From: Stegostoma tigrinum
Taxonomy: Eukaryota
Length of the DNA: 64,000 nucleotides
Reading direction: 5' to 3'
Assembly (NCBI RefSeq): GCF_030684315.1
Contig: NC_081364.1
Location: 17,654,343-17,718,342 of the forward strand
The notes under the pieces were generated by a model. The model ran no database searches and was not told the origin of the DNA. It saw nothing but the letters and a program-made list of their open reading frames with translations. A program made the translations under genes and the position numbers. Below, piece by piece: positions 40,095 to 53,599 of the stretch (within the stretch, counting starts at the first letter, position 1; each line of letters opens with the position of its first letter).

Positions 40095-42500
40095 CCCTCA
40101 ATAAATCCTCACCCTCAGTCTTAAAGGCAGTCAATAACTTTGCATCCACAGCCCTCTGCAAAATATATTCCACAGATTCAGTACCTTCTGGCTGAAGGAA
40201 TTCCTCATGTCAGTTCTAAAGGAACATCCCATCATGAGTCCATGCTTTTGGGTCCTATTCCATGGAAACATCTCCTCCACATTCACTCTACCCTCTCCGT
40301 TTCAATCAGATCCCACCCTTATCCTTTAAAATGGCACTGGATTTCATACCCAAAAGGTCCTAAATCATTTCTCAAATGACAAGCCTTTCATCCCAAGGAT
40401 CATTCTTGTAAATCTTGTTTGGACTCCCTGCAAGCCAGCATATCATTCTTTAGAAACAGGATCCAAAACTGCTCACAATTTTCCACAGGTGGTCTGACAG
40501 AGCCTTATGCAGGCTCAGCAGTGCATCCTTGCTCATGGTTTGTTGCTGTCTTGAAATTAATGATAAGATGAGATTTGAAATTCTCACTGCCAAGTGTACC
40601 TGCATGTTAATCTTAAGAGAATCCTGAACTATGACTCAAGTCTCTGTGCTTTTGATTTCCAAAGCCTTTCCCTGTTCAGAAAATAGTCTGCACCTCTATT
40701 TTTCCTAACAAAAGTGCAAAACGCACACTTTCCCATACTGCATTCCACTTGGAAAGGCAAGTGGCAAGTCTTTCTGCAGCTTACCCACATCCTCAACATG
40801 ACACAACCTATCTAAGCATCAGCTGCAGAATTAGCAACAATGCCCCCAGTTCCTTCTTCCGGATCACTAATTATAACATGAATAGTTGTGGTCCCAACAC
40901 TGATCCCAACAGCTGTTGGCCTGAAAAAGATCCCTTGATCTCCATTCTCTGCTTTCTCCAGGTCAGCCAATCCAAGCCAATACCTTGCCCCCAGTACCAT
41001 GGGCTCTTGCCTTACTTAGCAACCTCCTGTATGGCACCCTGTCAAAGGCCCTTTGAAAATCCAACTAGATCACATCCACTAGCTCTCCTTTGTATAACTG
41101 CTCATTACCTTCTCAAATGAATTCTAACAGATTGGCCAGACACGAACTCCCGTTGACGAAGCCGTGCTGACATGGCCCAATTTTACCATTTGCTTTTAAT
41201 TACTCTGCAATCTCATTCTGAACAATGGACTCTAAAATCTTATTAATCACCGAGGTCAGGCTCACCTTCCTGTAGTTTGCTGCCTTCTACCTCCCTCCCT
41301 TCTTAAACAGGAGTGCTACATTTGCCGTTTTCCAGTCACCCGCTACCTTCCCAATTCCTGAAAGATCGCCACACAAAGCCTCCATGACGTCCTCCGATAT
41401 CTCCTTCTGAATTCTGGGGTAGAGCCCATGCAGTCCAGGTGATTTATCCACCTTCACCAGCACCACCTCCTTAGTAACGGCCACCACACTCATCTCTGCC
41501 CTCTGACACTTGAAGTTCCGACATGCTAGTTTCTTCCACTGTGAAAACTGACGAAAAGTATTGATTCAGTTCCTCCACCATTTCTTTGTTCTCCATTACT
41601 ACTTCTCCAGCATCATTTTCCAGAGCTCCAATGTCCACGCTTGTCTCTCTTACCTTTCAGATACCCAAACAACTCTTTCAACCTCCTTCAAATATTTCTT
41701 GGTACGTTCCCTCATATTTCATCATCTCCCGCTTTTTTAGAAAAAAAGTTGTCTTCTGGCAGGTTTCAAAGGCTTCCCACTAAGCTGCACCACTTTCACT
41801 GCCCCTGACTTCCCTGGTGAAGGTTCCCTCATTCTCCTCGGTATGTTTCTCCTTCCTTGGGATAAGTTTCTGCTGAGCCTCCCGAATTATCTCCAGAAAC
41901 TCCTGTCATTGCTGCTCCACTGTCTTCCCTGTTAGGCACCCCTTCCAGTCATGTCTGGCCAGGTCCTCCCCCACTGAAGATACCTTAACTTACCGTTACC
42001 TATAAGGTTTGACTTTGCTAACTTCTTTGCAAATTTGTTCATCAACATCTTTCCTACTGGTTGGAGGCCTACAGACTACACTAAGCCCTGTAATTGAACC
42101 TTCTCCTATCTCAACAGATAGAACTTGTACTTGACACCTCTGGGACATCCTCTCTCTCCAGCTTGGGAATATTTTGTTAATCAACATGGATACCCCTCTC
42201 CATTTCCTCTTTATCCTGAACAGCTTGTGTCTAGGAACATTCAATAGTTAGTTCTATACATCTTTGAGTTAGCCATCTGTCATCTCCACATGGCTGTGTC
42301 CAACCCATCCACACGCACATACTGGAAGAATAATTTTGGTTTTATTACTTTTTCTCTGAACAAAACACACCCAATGCCTTATTATTTCCTACTCTATCTC
42401 TCTCTAGTATTACCTCCTGGTTCCCACGCACTTGCTAAGTTAGCTTCAGCTCTTCTCAATTGCACAAAATGGCCCTTCAAGGAAATGAGTTTTGTTTAAT
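40095..42500 (-). mobile_element. CR1-type LINE with endonuclease and RT remnants; its 3' tip lies at ~38420-38512
   Basis: ORF remnants VDKSPGLHGLYPRIQKE...DWKTANVALLFKKGGR (41287-41493) and KLFRIKR...VVCRPPTS (41996-42244). Confidence 0.8.
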
Positions 42501-43289
42501 GCATTCCATCCAGCCACGAATTGAATTCACTATTTCCCTCAGAAAATGATCCAAATATTTCAAGAATCTCCCTTATTTGTCAAGTTCCCAAACAGTCTCA
42601 TGGTTTAGTGATCTTATCCAGCAAGACTGTGAAGATCTCAACTTCTAATCTTGGTCTGCGTCGAGTTGGCTGTGCAATGCTCTAATTGGCCTCAACGCTG
42701 TTGTGTTAGTGGAAACAATATTAGTATCAAACAGGCTGAATGCAATCCAGGGTGTCTTGCAACATGGGCATGTGGCTGACTGATCCAGCCAGCACACTGC
42801 TGTCATTCAGCTCAATATTGAAGTTCCCACATCAACACTGGTAACATGGGCAACACACCACAGGCAAATTGGCATCTATTTAAGCATAAGCCCACATGAA
42901 GGTCAAAAAAAACTTCAGCACAGAACAGGTGGAGAAGGGAATTCTGAACAAAATATAAACAAACCTTACGAGGATAGTGGATTATATACCATCCTGATTA
43001 TAATCCATTCGGCAGTGGGGGCAATGTGGAATTAACTGAGTGTGAACTGCAATAGAAAGTCATGCCAAATTCTTAGGTATAGAAACCTTTGGCAAGAGTA
43101 GTGTAGTCAGTTTATTTCACGCACTTTATTTTATGCAACTTCAAGCGCTAATGCACATCCTTATGTGCTTCTAAAATATAATTCATTCAATCACTGAATC
43201 AATTGTAAAACTTAATTGGACATTTAGAAGATTATCTGAGAGAGAGGGAGGTTATGTTTCATTCAGGGATCTTCAAACAATTGTAATCA

Positions 43290-43415
43290 AAGCAAAAATA
43301 AAACTGCAGATACTGGAGATCGGATATAAAAACAAAGTCATCAGGTTAGGCAGTATCTATGGAGTGAAAATGAGTTAACGTTTCAACTCCATTGTGACTC
43401 TCCTTCAGAACTCCT
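43290..43415 (-). mobile_element. Short PLE-derived element with degenerate hammerhead (43372-43413)
   Basis: rc GAGTT-CTGAAGG-A-gagtcacaatggagtt-GAAACGTT-AACTC (5-bp stem I) followed by the PLE tail. Confidence 0.68.
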
Positions 43416-44739
43416 GATCTGTCATTAGCCACTTTGCTACCTGAACCAATATCTTGGGCAAAGTCCTCCAAATTTACTTTTTTTTTGCTCACCTTAAGTA
43501 AACCAGTGAGCTTCTCCAGGCAATCAGTGCCATTGCTTTGAGACTGGATCCTCAAAAGCATTGAAAGAGGGATTGGGACTAGATTCTCCGCCGCAGTATG
43601 TGCAAAACGGTTGCTGTCTGCCCCTCTCTAGTACTGTACAGTTGCATAGCGATCTACCTGAATAGCCAGCTGTTGTGAGCCAGTTTAAACCATGAGACAA
43701 CCCAAACACTTGATTTCCACCCCATCACATCATGGAAGACTCCAGCCAAAGCTGTGCAATACTCCCAGTGAAAGAGAAACTCAAGGCAAGCCAAGAGGTC
43801 CTCGGGGGGTGGATTTCCAAATCTTGGAGCCGAGACAGCTAAATGGAAAGAAAGTGATTGTACACCCCTCCACAGAGACCAGAAACTCTGATTCAAGTAA
43901 TCACAGATCACAGGCATGGTTCACACCCTTTGATTCCATCTGTAACACAGCACCTCATTGACTAGCCCAGAGTTGAGAGAGAGTTTGGTCAAGTCAGGAA
44001 AAAGTTGGAGGTTTTGGCAGCAACATTAAGATGAGTGTGTTTCAGAGTTCTTGGAATGATGGAAGCTGGACTGGGAGAATCACTGATTAGAACAGCATTA
44101 ACATTGAATGAAGTGATCGAGAAAGTTGAATGGACTTGGGAACTGCATTAGTATAGTTTGAACGAAGGAAGAATCCGAGAGCGTGTCCCTGCGTGCGTAT
44201 GCGCCTCAGTGTGCACGAGTGCATCTCTCTGGAGAGCCCTTGTTTGTGCGAGGACTGCATTTACAGCCACTGTGGCTACTCCTACACACTACTAGCATAT
44301 ATGCAATCATACCCCCGGGACATTTCAGCCAGTGACACCAATTTAAATTTTACAGCCTGGTCTCCTCAAAGCAAAATTATTGAAATATCAACCCAGAAGG
44401 ATACTCAAGAACAGGCATCTCACTCCACCTCACCGGCTGCCCGTCTCCTCCAGTACCGAGCTGTGTAGAGTAGCAATGAGGGAGCGGATGATGGAGAAGC
44501 AACTATAATAGATGCACACATCTGGCTCCAATTACAACTTCCAGTGGGTACAGGTAACAATAATGATGTCACCAGCATCCTTGACCTGTTAAGTGCACAG
44601 GTAGATCACAGTCCTGTGTGCGTCTTCCCATGTGGTTGAGCACACGGTACATATGAATTTCAAGGTTACCGATGTAAAAGGTCAAACTTCCCACGAAATT
44701 CCAGACAATACAAAATAGACGGTACAATAAGTGGTACAG

Positions 44740-46025
44740 GGTAGCACTGTGGCTCAGTGGTTAGCTTTGAGGCAGCAGTGCATTAGGGATCAGGGTTCAA
44801 TTCCACCCTCAGTCGACTGTGTGCACACTCCACATTCTCCCCGTGACTCCAGGAGCTCTGGTTTACTCGCCAGTCCAAAGGTATATAGCTTAGGTGGATT
44901 AGCCGTGCTAGATTGCCCCATTAGTGTTCAAGAATAATAAAATGTGAGGCTGGATGAACACAGCAGGCCAAGCAGCATCTCAGGAGCACAAAAGCTGACG
45001 TTTCGGGCCTAGACCCTTCATCAGAGAGGGGGATGGGGTGAGGGAACTGGAATAAATAGGGAGAGAGGGGGAGGCGGACCGAAGATGGAGAGTAAAGAAG
45101 ATAGGTGGAGAGGGTGTAGGTGGGGAGTTAGGGAGGGGATAGGTCAGTCCAGGGAAGACGGACAGGTCAAGGAGGTGGGATGAGGTTAGTAGGTAGCTGG
45201 GGGTGCGGCTTGGGGTGGGAGGAAGGGATGGGTGAGAGGAAGAACCGGTTAGGGAGGCAGAGACAGGTTGGACTGGTTTTGGGATGCAGTGGGTGGGGGG
45301 GGGGGGGGGGGGGGGAAAGAGCTGGGCTGGTTGTGTGGTGCAGTGGGGGGAGGGGATGCACTGGGCTGGTTTAGGGATGCAGTAGGGGAAGGGGAGATTT
45401 TGAAACTGGTGAAGTCCACATTGATACCATATGGCTGCAGGGTTCCCAGGCGGAATATGAGTTGCTGTTCCTGCAACCTTCGGGTGGCATCATTGTGGCA
45501 GTGCAGGAGGCCCATGATGGACATGTCATCAAGAGAATGGGAGGGGGAGTGGAAATGGTTTGCGACTGGGAGGTGCAGTTGTTTGTTGCGAACTGAGCGG
45601 AGGTGTTCTGCAAAGCGGTCCCCAAGCCTCCGCTTGGTTTCCCCAATGTAGAGGAAGCCGCACCGGGTTTTATTATCTCTCTCCACCTATCTTCTTTTCT
45701 CTCCATCTTCGGTCCGCCTCCCCCTCTCTCCCTATTTATTCCAGAACCCTCACCCCATCCCCCTCTCTGATGAAGGGTCTAGGCCCGAAACGTCAGCTTT
45801 TGTGCTCCTGAGATGCTGCTTGGCCTGCTGTGTTCATCCAGCCTCACATTTTATTATCTTGGAATCTCCAGCATCTGCAGTTCCCATTATCTCAGTGTTC
45901 AAGGATATGTAGGTTAGGTGCATTAGCCACGGGAAATGTAAGGTTACAAGGATGGGGGTATTGGTCTGGGTGGGATGTTCTTCAGACAGTCAGTGTGGCC
46001 TGCTTCCAGACTGTTAGAATTCCAT
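44740..46025 (+). mobile_element. HE1-like SINE split by the Penelope insertion
   Basis: Head gtggctcagtggttagc at ~44750; body resumes after the TSD at 45904 and ends cagactgttagaattcca. Confidence 0.75.
44933..45893. mobile_element. Young Penelope-like insertion with asymmetric inverted arms (44934-45667 minus; ~45679-45893 plus); hammerheads at 44995-45026 (-) and 45765-45796 (+)
   Basis: ORF 45249-45686 contains CGFLYIGETKRRLGDRFAEH (GIY-YIG). TSD AGTGTTCAAG at 44923-44932 and 45894-45903. Nearly identical to the 24052 element. Confidence 0.92.
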
Positions 46026-46079
46026 TATTTCTAAAGGGGGTGCAGGAGCTAAAATAATATAAAAAAAGGGACCTGGGTG

Positions 46080-46700
46080 TACACCTGCACTGATCAATGA
46101 AGATGGCAGGGCAGATTCAGAGAAATTAGTAAAGCAGACTGGCTTTAACAATAGGGACAGAGTATGAGAGCAGAGTAGTGACGATAAATTTGTACAAGAC
46201 ACTTGTTAGACTTCAGCAGAAACACTGTACAGTTGTGGACACATTATTAGGAAAAATCTGAATGCGCTGGAGAGTGCAGAATCAACTTACAGTAACAGTT
46301 CCAGAAATGAGAAACTTCTGTTCTGAGGACAGTGAAGAAGTTGGGATTTTTCTCCTCGGAGAAGGCTGAGAGATGTGCTAGAGACTTTAATTAAAATCAT
46401 GAGTGGGTTGATAGAGTAGATGGGGGAAGTTGTTCTCACTTCTACAAGTAAAAGAATGAGGGAATAGATGTAAAGAGATGTACAAACAAAATAAAGATAT
46501 CATCAAAAAAAATTTCTCAGCAGGGAGTTAGCATACGGAATGCACTGCCTAGAAATGTGGTGGAGGCAGGTTCAAATGAAACATTAAAAAGGGCATTGGA
46601 TTATTATGGATATAGAAGTGAATACAGGATATGGGGATTGAACCAGTGCTGGCACGATGGGATGAATAACCTCCTTCTGTACCATTACAATTCTGAGATT
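46080..46700 (+). mobile_element. CR1-type LINE 3' fragment
   Basis: cttgttagacttcagcagaaacactgtacagttgtggacac (LVR.Q.E.C.Q.W) and CR1 3'UTR. Confidence 0.65.
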
Positions 46701-46867
46701 CTGGAACAATTCAGGAATAAGATCATATCTTGGAGTAAGTTTATATACCTGTTTAAGAGCATTTCCATGAACACATGTGGGAGTTTTTAAATAACTATTT
46801 GCTCAGGAACCTGATACCTCTGTCAATCTGATGAAAGCCCAAGAAAACAAATGACAACTTGATTTGG

Positions 46868-47223
46868 AGTCATACAGAATCCCAACAGTGTGGGAAACAG
46901 GCCAATCAGCCCAACATGTCTGAATCAAATCCCCCACCAGTATCCCATCTAGGCTACCATCCCACCTCATACCCCATCCCTGTGACCCTGCAGTTCCCAT
47001 GGCCAACCCACCGAGCTTGCACATCTCTAGACACTATGGCCTAACCACGTAACGTGCACATCTTTGGGCTGCAGGAGGAAACCTGGACTACTTGGAGGAA
47101 ATCCACACAGGCAGGGGAAGAACTAGTAAACTCCACACAGACAGTTGCCCAAGGCTGGAATCGAACCCAGGATGTCCCTGGCACTGCTGGAGGTAGCAGC
47201 GCCAGCCACTAAGCCACCATACC
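46868..47223 (-). mobile_element. HE1-like SINE
   Basis: Full-length homology to the other copies. Confidence 0.78.
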
Positions 47224-49342
47224 AGCCAGGGAAATGCTGTGCAAAGTAAAAAGCAACCCCAGTAGAGATCAATACCCTGACAGAATCTGTCCTGCTTACC
47301 AGGAGCTAGCACCATTATTGGCAGCACATGTAACAATAATCAGAGCTGACACTTCAGTAATCTCAAACACTAGATGTTACCGTGGTTAGATTAAACCCCC
47401 ACATTGTTTAAATGAAGCTCACATTGAGAGCCAGTGTAACGAGTCAAAACCTCAGAAGAACGAACACAAAGTACTCAAGATAGAATGAAGATAAACCCTT
47501 TCTACCAGGAAAGAAAGGATGGCCACAGAACACTGAGCTAGAAAGCAAAAACCAACATCCCCTGAAAAGTCTGAATAGATTTGCAAATTGGAGAGATGGG
47601 GATTTCCGCACCTTTAATCCAAACAAAAAAAGCTTCTTGCCAGAACATACGATTCTGAAGTGTTACACTGATCTCAAACTCCTGCACAGCATATAGTCTG
47701 ATTTATTCTCCTTTTGTTATTAATACCTCCAATTATAGTGCAAGCCAGTCATTCAGATGGTAAAACACTGCTATGTTAGGCTCAGAACTACTTCAGTTGC
47801 TTTCTGAAGTCAAACAAAGAGCTGTAGCCAGAAGATAGACATCTAACATGAACCATAAGGATGTGGACATTTAATAAAAACATCGCCCTTCTGAAAGGGA
47901 CTCAGCTGTGTGGAATAGAAATGATGTTTGCACCTTGGCAAATGTAGCGACTACCAGGACACAGTTTAACCAGTCAGTCAGTCACAGCAATCCAAGATGG
48001 ATTCATCAATTAACAAACACACTTCATGTACTCAGACTGTGATGCACAGCTGTATCACCAGATTGCCAGGCAGGATATCCGCAATGTGTAGGCTCAAGGG
48101 GATCTCCTTTCATTTTCCACAGGGCTCTTAAGACTTCATTCCCCAGGGCCCACATTCCCATTGCTGACACTTGCTGCATATGAGACTATTATGGGGATTA
48201 ATAACACAAGTGTCATTGATCCCTTGCAAAGTGCTGTTATGTATACAGCCACGCTCTAGGCAAATATCAAGTATTTGAAATATTTGGCGTGGTGAGGTGG
48301 GGGGGGGTGGGAAGAGGAAAGCAGAGACACAGGTTAGGGTTAACCCTTTAACTGCTTAGGATACTTCCAGATATGAGAAGATAAATATGACTCCAATGTA
48401 CCACTTGGATTAAATCTGCACTCAGACAGCCAGGCGATGAGACCTCTCTCTGCTGTTGGCACGTGGACATAAAGTGTTTGCTCTTGATTTTCTGGGCGAG
48501 TACACTATTGGTATTTTGTGAAAGTCATGCTTCCTGTGAGAGAGAACAGGTCAGTCTCAACCTCAGGAAAGCCTGGATTCGGAGAATATGCAGGTGATAG
48601 TGACCACTTCAGCCAGGAGGGAGAAAGTGAATGTTCTAGTTTTAGGATGATCGATGGGTGATAATCAGCCTTGGGGGAGGTTGTTCTTCCTCACCAAAGG
48701 TATTGCCTAGGCCATGACATGAACCTTCTCAGATATCACTGCCTGTTCTCATTAACCACTGACATTAAACAGAGGGTGCTTCAACAGTACAAAGATCATT
48801 CAGACTAATCCAAGCTGAACTGAAACAGAGATCAAAGTGGGGAAAAAGAGTCTCATTTCCAATGGTGGCCGCTCTCAATTAACTTAGGCATCTTAAATAA
48901 GAGACAATAGCAAACGATATCTCCTCTGGCTCCTTTCTAGTTCAAGAGGATCGAACTTAATGTTGCACTATCAGCATTTTTTTAAAAAACGTGCCACGAA
49001 TAGGAGAAGACAAATTTCCGCCAACTTCTAAGCTGTCCCCTTGTTGGTTTATTTCACCTGACCTGGTGCCATTCTCTGTGAGTGAATATTTGAGTAAGTG
49101 TAATAATGACCACTCCCCCCACCCCCCCCCACCCCCCCATCACCCCGTTCAGTCAGTGCAATCCAATTGGGTACCTTGGACAATGTAAATGTCTCATTGT
49201 CATGATCAACACCTTGTAGTTTCTTTGTCTGTCTTGTAGTTGTCTTTAGTGCCTTTACTGTCATCACAAAAAAAGTCCCAGGATTTTGAGCTGCAACATG
49301 TGACACTGTGCACAGGAAGAGATAATTGCATATTCTGATCTG

Positions 49343-49642
49343 GAATCACAGAATCCCTACAGTGTGGAAACAGGCCCTTCTGCCCAACAAGTCCACACCG
49401 ACCGCCAGAACATCCTTCCCAGACCCATCCCCCTAAATCTACACAACCCAGAACACTACGGGCAATTTAATATGACCAATCCATACGGCCTACACATCTT
49501 TGGACTGTGGGAGGAAACTGGAGCACCCAGAGGAAACCCATGCAGACTCAGAGAACGTGCAAATTCGACACAGACACAGTCACCCGAGGGTAGAATTGAA
49601 CCCGGGTCCCCGGCACTACAAGGCAGCAGTGCTAACCACTGA
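49343..49642 (-). mobile_element. HE1-like SINE
   Basis: gaatccctacagtgtggaaacaggccc...aggcagcagtgctaaccactga. Confidence 0.8.
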
Positions 49643-52600
49643 TAGACTTGAAGCAGCATCTTAAAAAAGGAGGAAAGAAATTTAAGGAAAAGTAGTCATC
49701 GGGAGTGGGATTTCCAGTGCTGAAGGACCAGCTCCATTGATAAAATAATTAAAGATCACAGACACTGAGAAACTAGAAGAGGAGCAGCTCAGCTATTGGA
49801 GGGTCCCATGATGGAGGGGATGAGAGGGGTAGCTTGGGTCCGAGGTGATGGAGAGAGTAGAAAACAAGACTGAGAATTTTAAAAATTAAAATGAATGCTT
49901 TAACTGAGGGTCTAAATAAATCATTGGCAACAGGGTTTGGTGGGTGGGAGGGGGATATAGGGGTATGGGGCTTGGCATGGATAAGGGGATCGGAGTAGAG
50001 TTTTGGCTGCCCAGCTACGTCCTTGGTCAGTTTTCCTGCCATGTGGGTCTCAGAGGCCGACACACAGGTCAGCTCACCAGAACGCGCCAAGCCTTTTGGT
50101 GCAGCAGTGCAGCTAGATTAGGCCCAAGCCTGCTTGGCCCCTCAGTAAGATAATGGCTGATCTGACTGCACACACAATCAACACTACTTCCCTGTCTGCT
50201 CCGCCCCCACCAACACCCGATACCCCAGTCTAGCGACAAATCTACCAAGTGCTGCTTTGGAGTAATTTCACTGCTTGCAGGGCCAGAATGCCACAAACTC
50301 ACCATTCTTGAAGAAATTAGCCATCTGAAACGTCCCTTGGACTCAAGGTAGCACAGATGACATCCTGAGGGAATGACCAACAGGAGAGATATGAATGGTT
50401 TTAAATGGGTTGGGTCATCAAATGGTCAGAGTCTCAAAAGGCAAAGGCAGAGCACCCATTTGATGGGAATGGATCAAGAGAGCAGGAGGTTGGCTTCGTG
50501 GACAAGGTTAGCTCAGAGAGGGCATGGGGAGGTAGGAGAGAAATGCGAGACTGATGAGTTGAGGGTCACCTTTACAGGAGGGTCAGCTTGTTAGTTGGTG
50601 GGGGCGGGTCGGGGGAAAAAAAAAAGTGGAGGACGTAGATGTAGTAATCAAAAAAAGGTTTCAATCCTATGATAAAAATGCACGTGAGCTTTTTGTACTT
50701 AAATTGTTGAAGGTGACAGGAGACAAGACTGGGGAGAGAAATTTAATAGGGTCAGCAACAAGGAAGAATTGCCAGGTTATCACGAGGTGCTGGATGCCCT
50801 GGAAAGCCAAGCAGTTTTCAAAGAGATGGTGCTTTGTGTAGTCCAGCCAGACCTGGTGGTAAGTGGATAAACCAGTTGCCATATATTTTCCAGGCTATTA
50901 CCTTGAGTCAAAGGGAGACAGAGATGGAATCTGTTCCGGGGTGGGGAAGAGAGAGAGAGAGAAATGACCAAAGAGAGAGAAATATGAATGGCTTTAAAAA
51001 AGCACTAGGTCATCAAAAGTTGGAGTTGAGGGCTAGGATGGGCCATTCAGTAAATGCAGAACTGTCAGAGCCAGATCTACAGCACAGAATCTTCAGTCTA
51101 ACTGACCCATGCCAACCAAATATTCTAAAATTGATCTTGAGCCATTTGCTGGTATTTGGCCCATATCCCTCATGAAGACTTGAGGAACAATTTCCATCAA
51201 ATCAGATGAATTGTTCTCCTTGACTGCATCCAGTAGTCAAACAATCAACACATCAGCTAGGCTTAAAAAGATTTATTGACCCCTTTGAAGAATCTGGAAC
51301 AAAGTTATTTTCAAATTAATCCTTCCATATACCCATGACTTCCTAAACATCAGCAGTATACAGATTTTACTCAGTCATTATTAACAATCCAAGTTCTGTT
51401 AGAAAATATCTTTTGTTTAATATTCATAGTGTTATACATTCAATATAAAACAAGTGTCAGAAATCCCAGATTTTTAAAAGAATTTTAAGTAGCTATTTCT
51501 ATCATAAAAAGAGATATTCTTAAGCAATACAAGTTCATCTGCATTCTCACATTCCTGAGGCTACAAAAATCCTTAGAATATTTTTAAGAAATAGATTTTA
51601 ATGTGGCTAAAATCCTCAACTTTTTGAAGTGCATTTTCATAGAGGCCCCTGAGGGAATATTAAAGAAACATGAGATGGTGCATACCCCAAATACATCACT
51701 CAACACCGAGCACACTGACTTGGTTATAATTTTGCATATATTGATTAGAATTACATTTCACATTTCAAGGAAAGAATGAAATACACTAATTTAATCCAGA
51801 GATCAAGGGAGTCCATTTAGGGATTTTGCCACATTACAGAATTCTGGAAATTAAATTTAATTTAAAAGCTTCCACTGGTTCCCACCAATAAATGCAAACT
51901 GAAATGTTACTTCAGGAGTCAGCTTCTACTTGTCATCTTGTTTAGGCAGTTTCTGCAGAATGTACCATTCCATTCCATGGTTTTTAAATCATTACTGTTC
52001 AGAAAAGGCTAGAACAGGAGTTGAGCATTATCAGGTTGACCATCATCTCACTGAATGGCAGAGTGGTCTCAATGGGCTGAATAGTCATCTTCTGCTCCAA
52101 CATCCTATGGTCTAAGATAACCCCTGAAGCTGTACATTAATAGATAATTGGCTTCAACCAAATGTAGGCCAGAAAATCAGTGAGTCTCTCCAAAGTGCCT
52201 GAGCGCCACTTTGCACATGCTCCAGGTCCCCATTTCAGTCAGAATCCAAAAAGGTGATAGGGCACTGGCTGTCCTCAGAATTAACCCTCACACTCCAAAT
52301 CAATCCACCATCAGATCGTTAATATATCAACTCAACACAGCGGATGTTCTTCTGTGTTAAAAAGGTGCAGCTATGGATCGGTGGTAACAACTCTGGCTTT
52401 CTGTCTTATTCTTAAGGTCTCCAAGCTAGGCTGACATTTCAGCAGGGGAATGCTTCATTGTCACAAGTGTCACATTTTGGCTGAGCCATCATTTGAAGGT
52501 CTTTTCCACCCTCAGATACATCCAAAAAAACTTAGTGGCATTATTTGAAGACCAGAAATGCTTGTGTGTCATGGTCAACACCTCTTCCATCCGCCTCACA

Positions 52601-53599
52601 AGAAACATATTATAATAACAGAGAATCTTGTTGTACAGGAGGACAGCTAGCTCATCATGCCTAGGCCAGCTCCTGGAAACAATTATCTCCACTGCTCTGG
52701 TCTTTCCTTCCCCTTCTCTGGCCCTGTTAATTTTTCACCTTTCAAGAGTTCATTCAATTACTTTTTGAAAAGTTGCTGGTGAATCTGCTTCCACCTCCAA
52801 GTACAGCCTCTGAATGCATTTTGTTTCAAATGAACACAAAGGATTTTAAAAACCCTCAAAATAAGTCCAATTTCATTTGGCAACTTAAAAACTCAGCAGG
52901 AACTATTGCATGTTTATGTTAATATCCATTTAGCAACTTGTTTGCTGAAAAAAAATTGCAAATGAGATAGTGTGTGTCTGGAGGAGATTATGCTTTTTGC
53001 TCATCATCTACCATGCCAACTCAGAATTAAACACAATTGTAATCATGTGCAAAGATTCACCATGTACAGTACAATTGCATTTCTGAAAATGGTTTAAGTT
53101 CAAATGCAATGCCATAATTCACTGAATCACAGTAGCAGCAAAATTAAATATTAACCTGGTCCTATTTTCACTTTAGGAAAAATCAAGGATGTTTATTAAA
53201 CTGAAAGACACCTATGTTTCCAAGTGATTTTGCATTTGAGGACCTTTTCTGTTTTCTGAAAAGACAATGAACTTTAATATTGTTTAGATTATATTCTAGT
53301 CCACTTTAAGATTTAGGCTAAAAACAAAATCCACTACAAAAATTCTCAAATAAAGGTGATGGAAACTCACTTTATGGGTACACCATCCAACATTTAGACA
53401 TTTTTGATCTTGGGTTAAATTGGTGATGACACTCCTGTTTTACAGGTATCTGACATGGCAGACAGTGCACACGTCGAGATAGATGCTTGCGTGCTACAAT
53501 TGCTGCAGGCACCAAAAATAGGCACCACTAGGACCTTTGCCTCAACCACTTTAGTTTCTTTCATCTCTTAGCATCTGTTCACCAGATAAAAATTTTAAG

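Noticed and set aside
44740-44815. tRNA gene candidates at SINE heads (also ~16353, 28910-28979, 56662)
   Set aside because: A/B boxes are present but there is no complete cloverleaf, and each continues into a SINE body.
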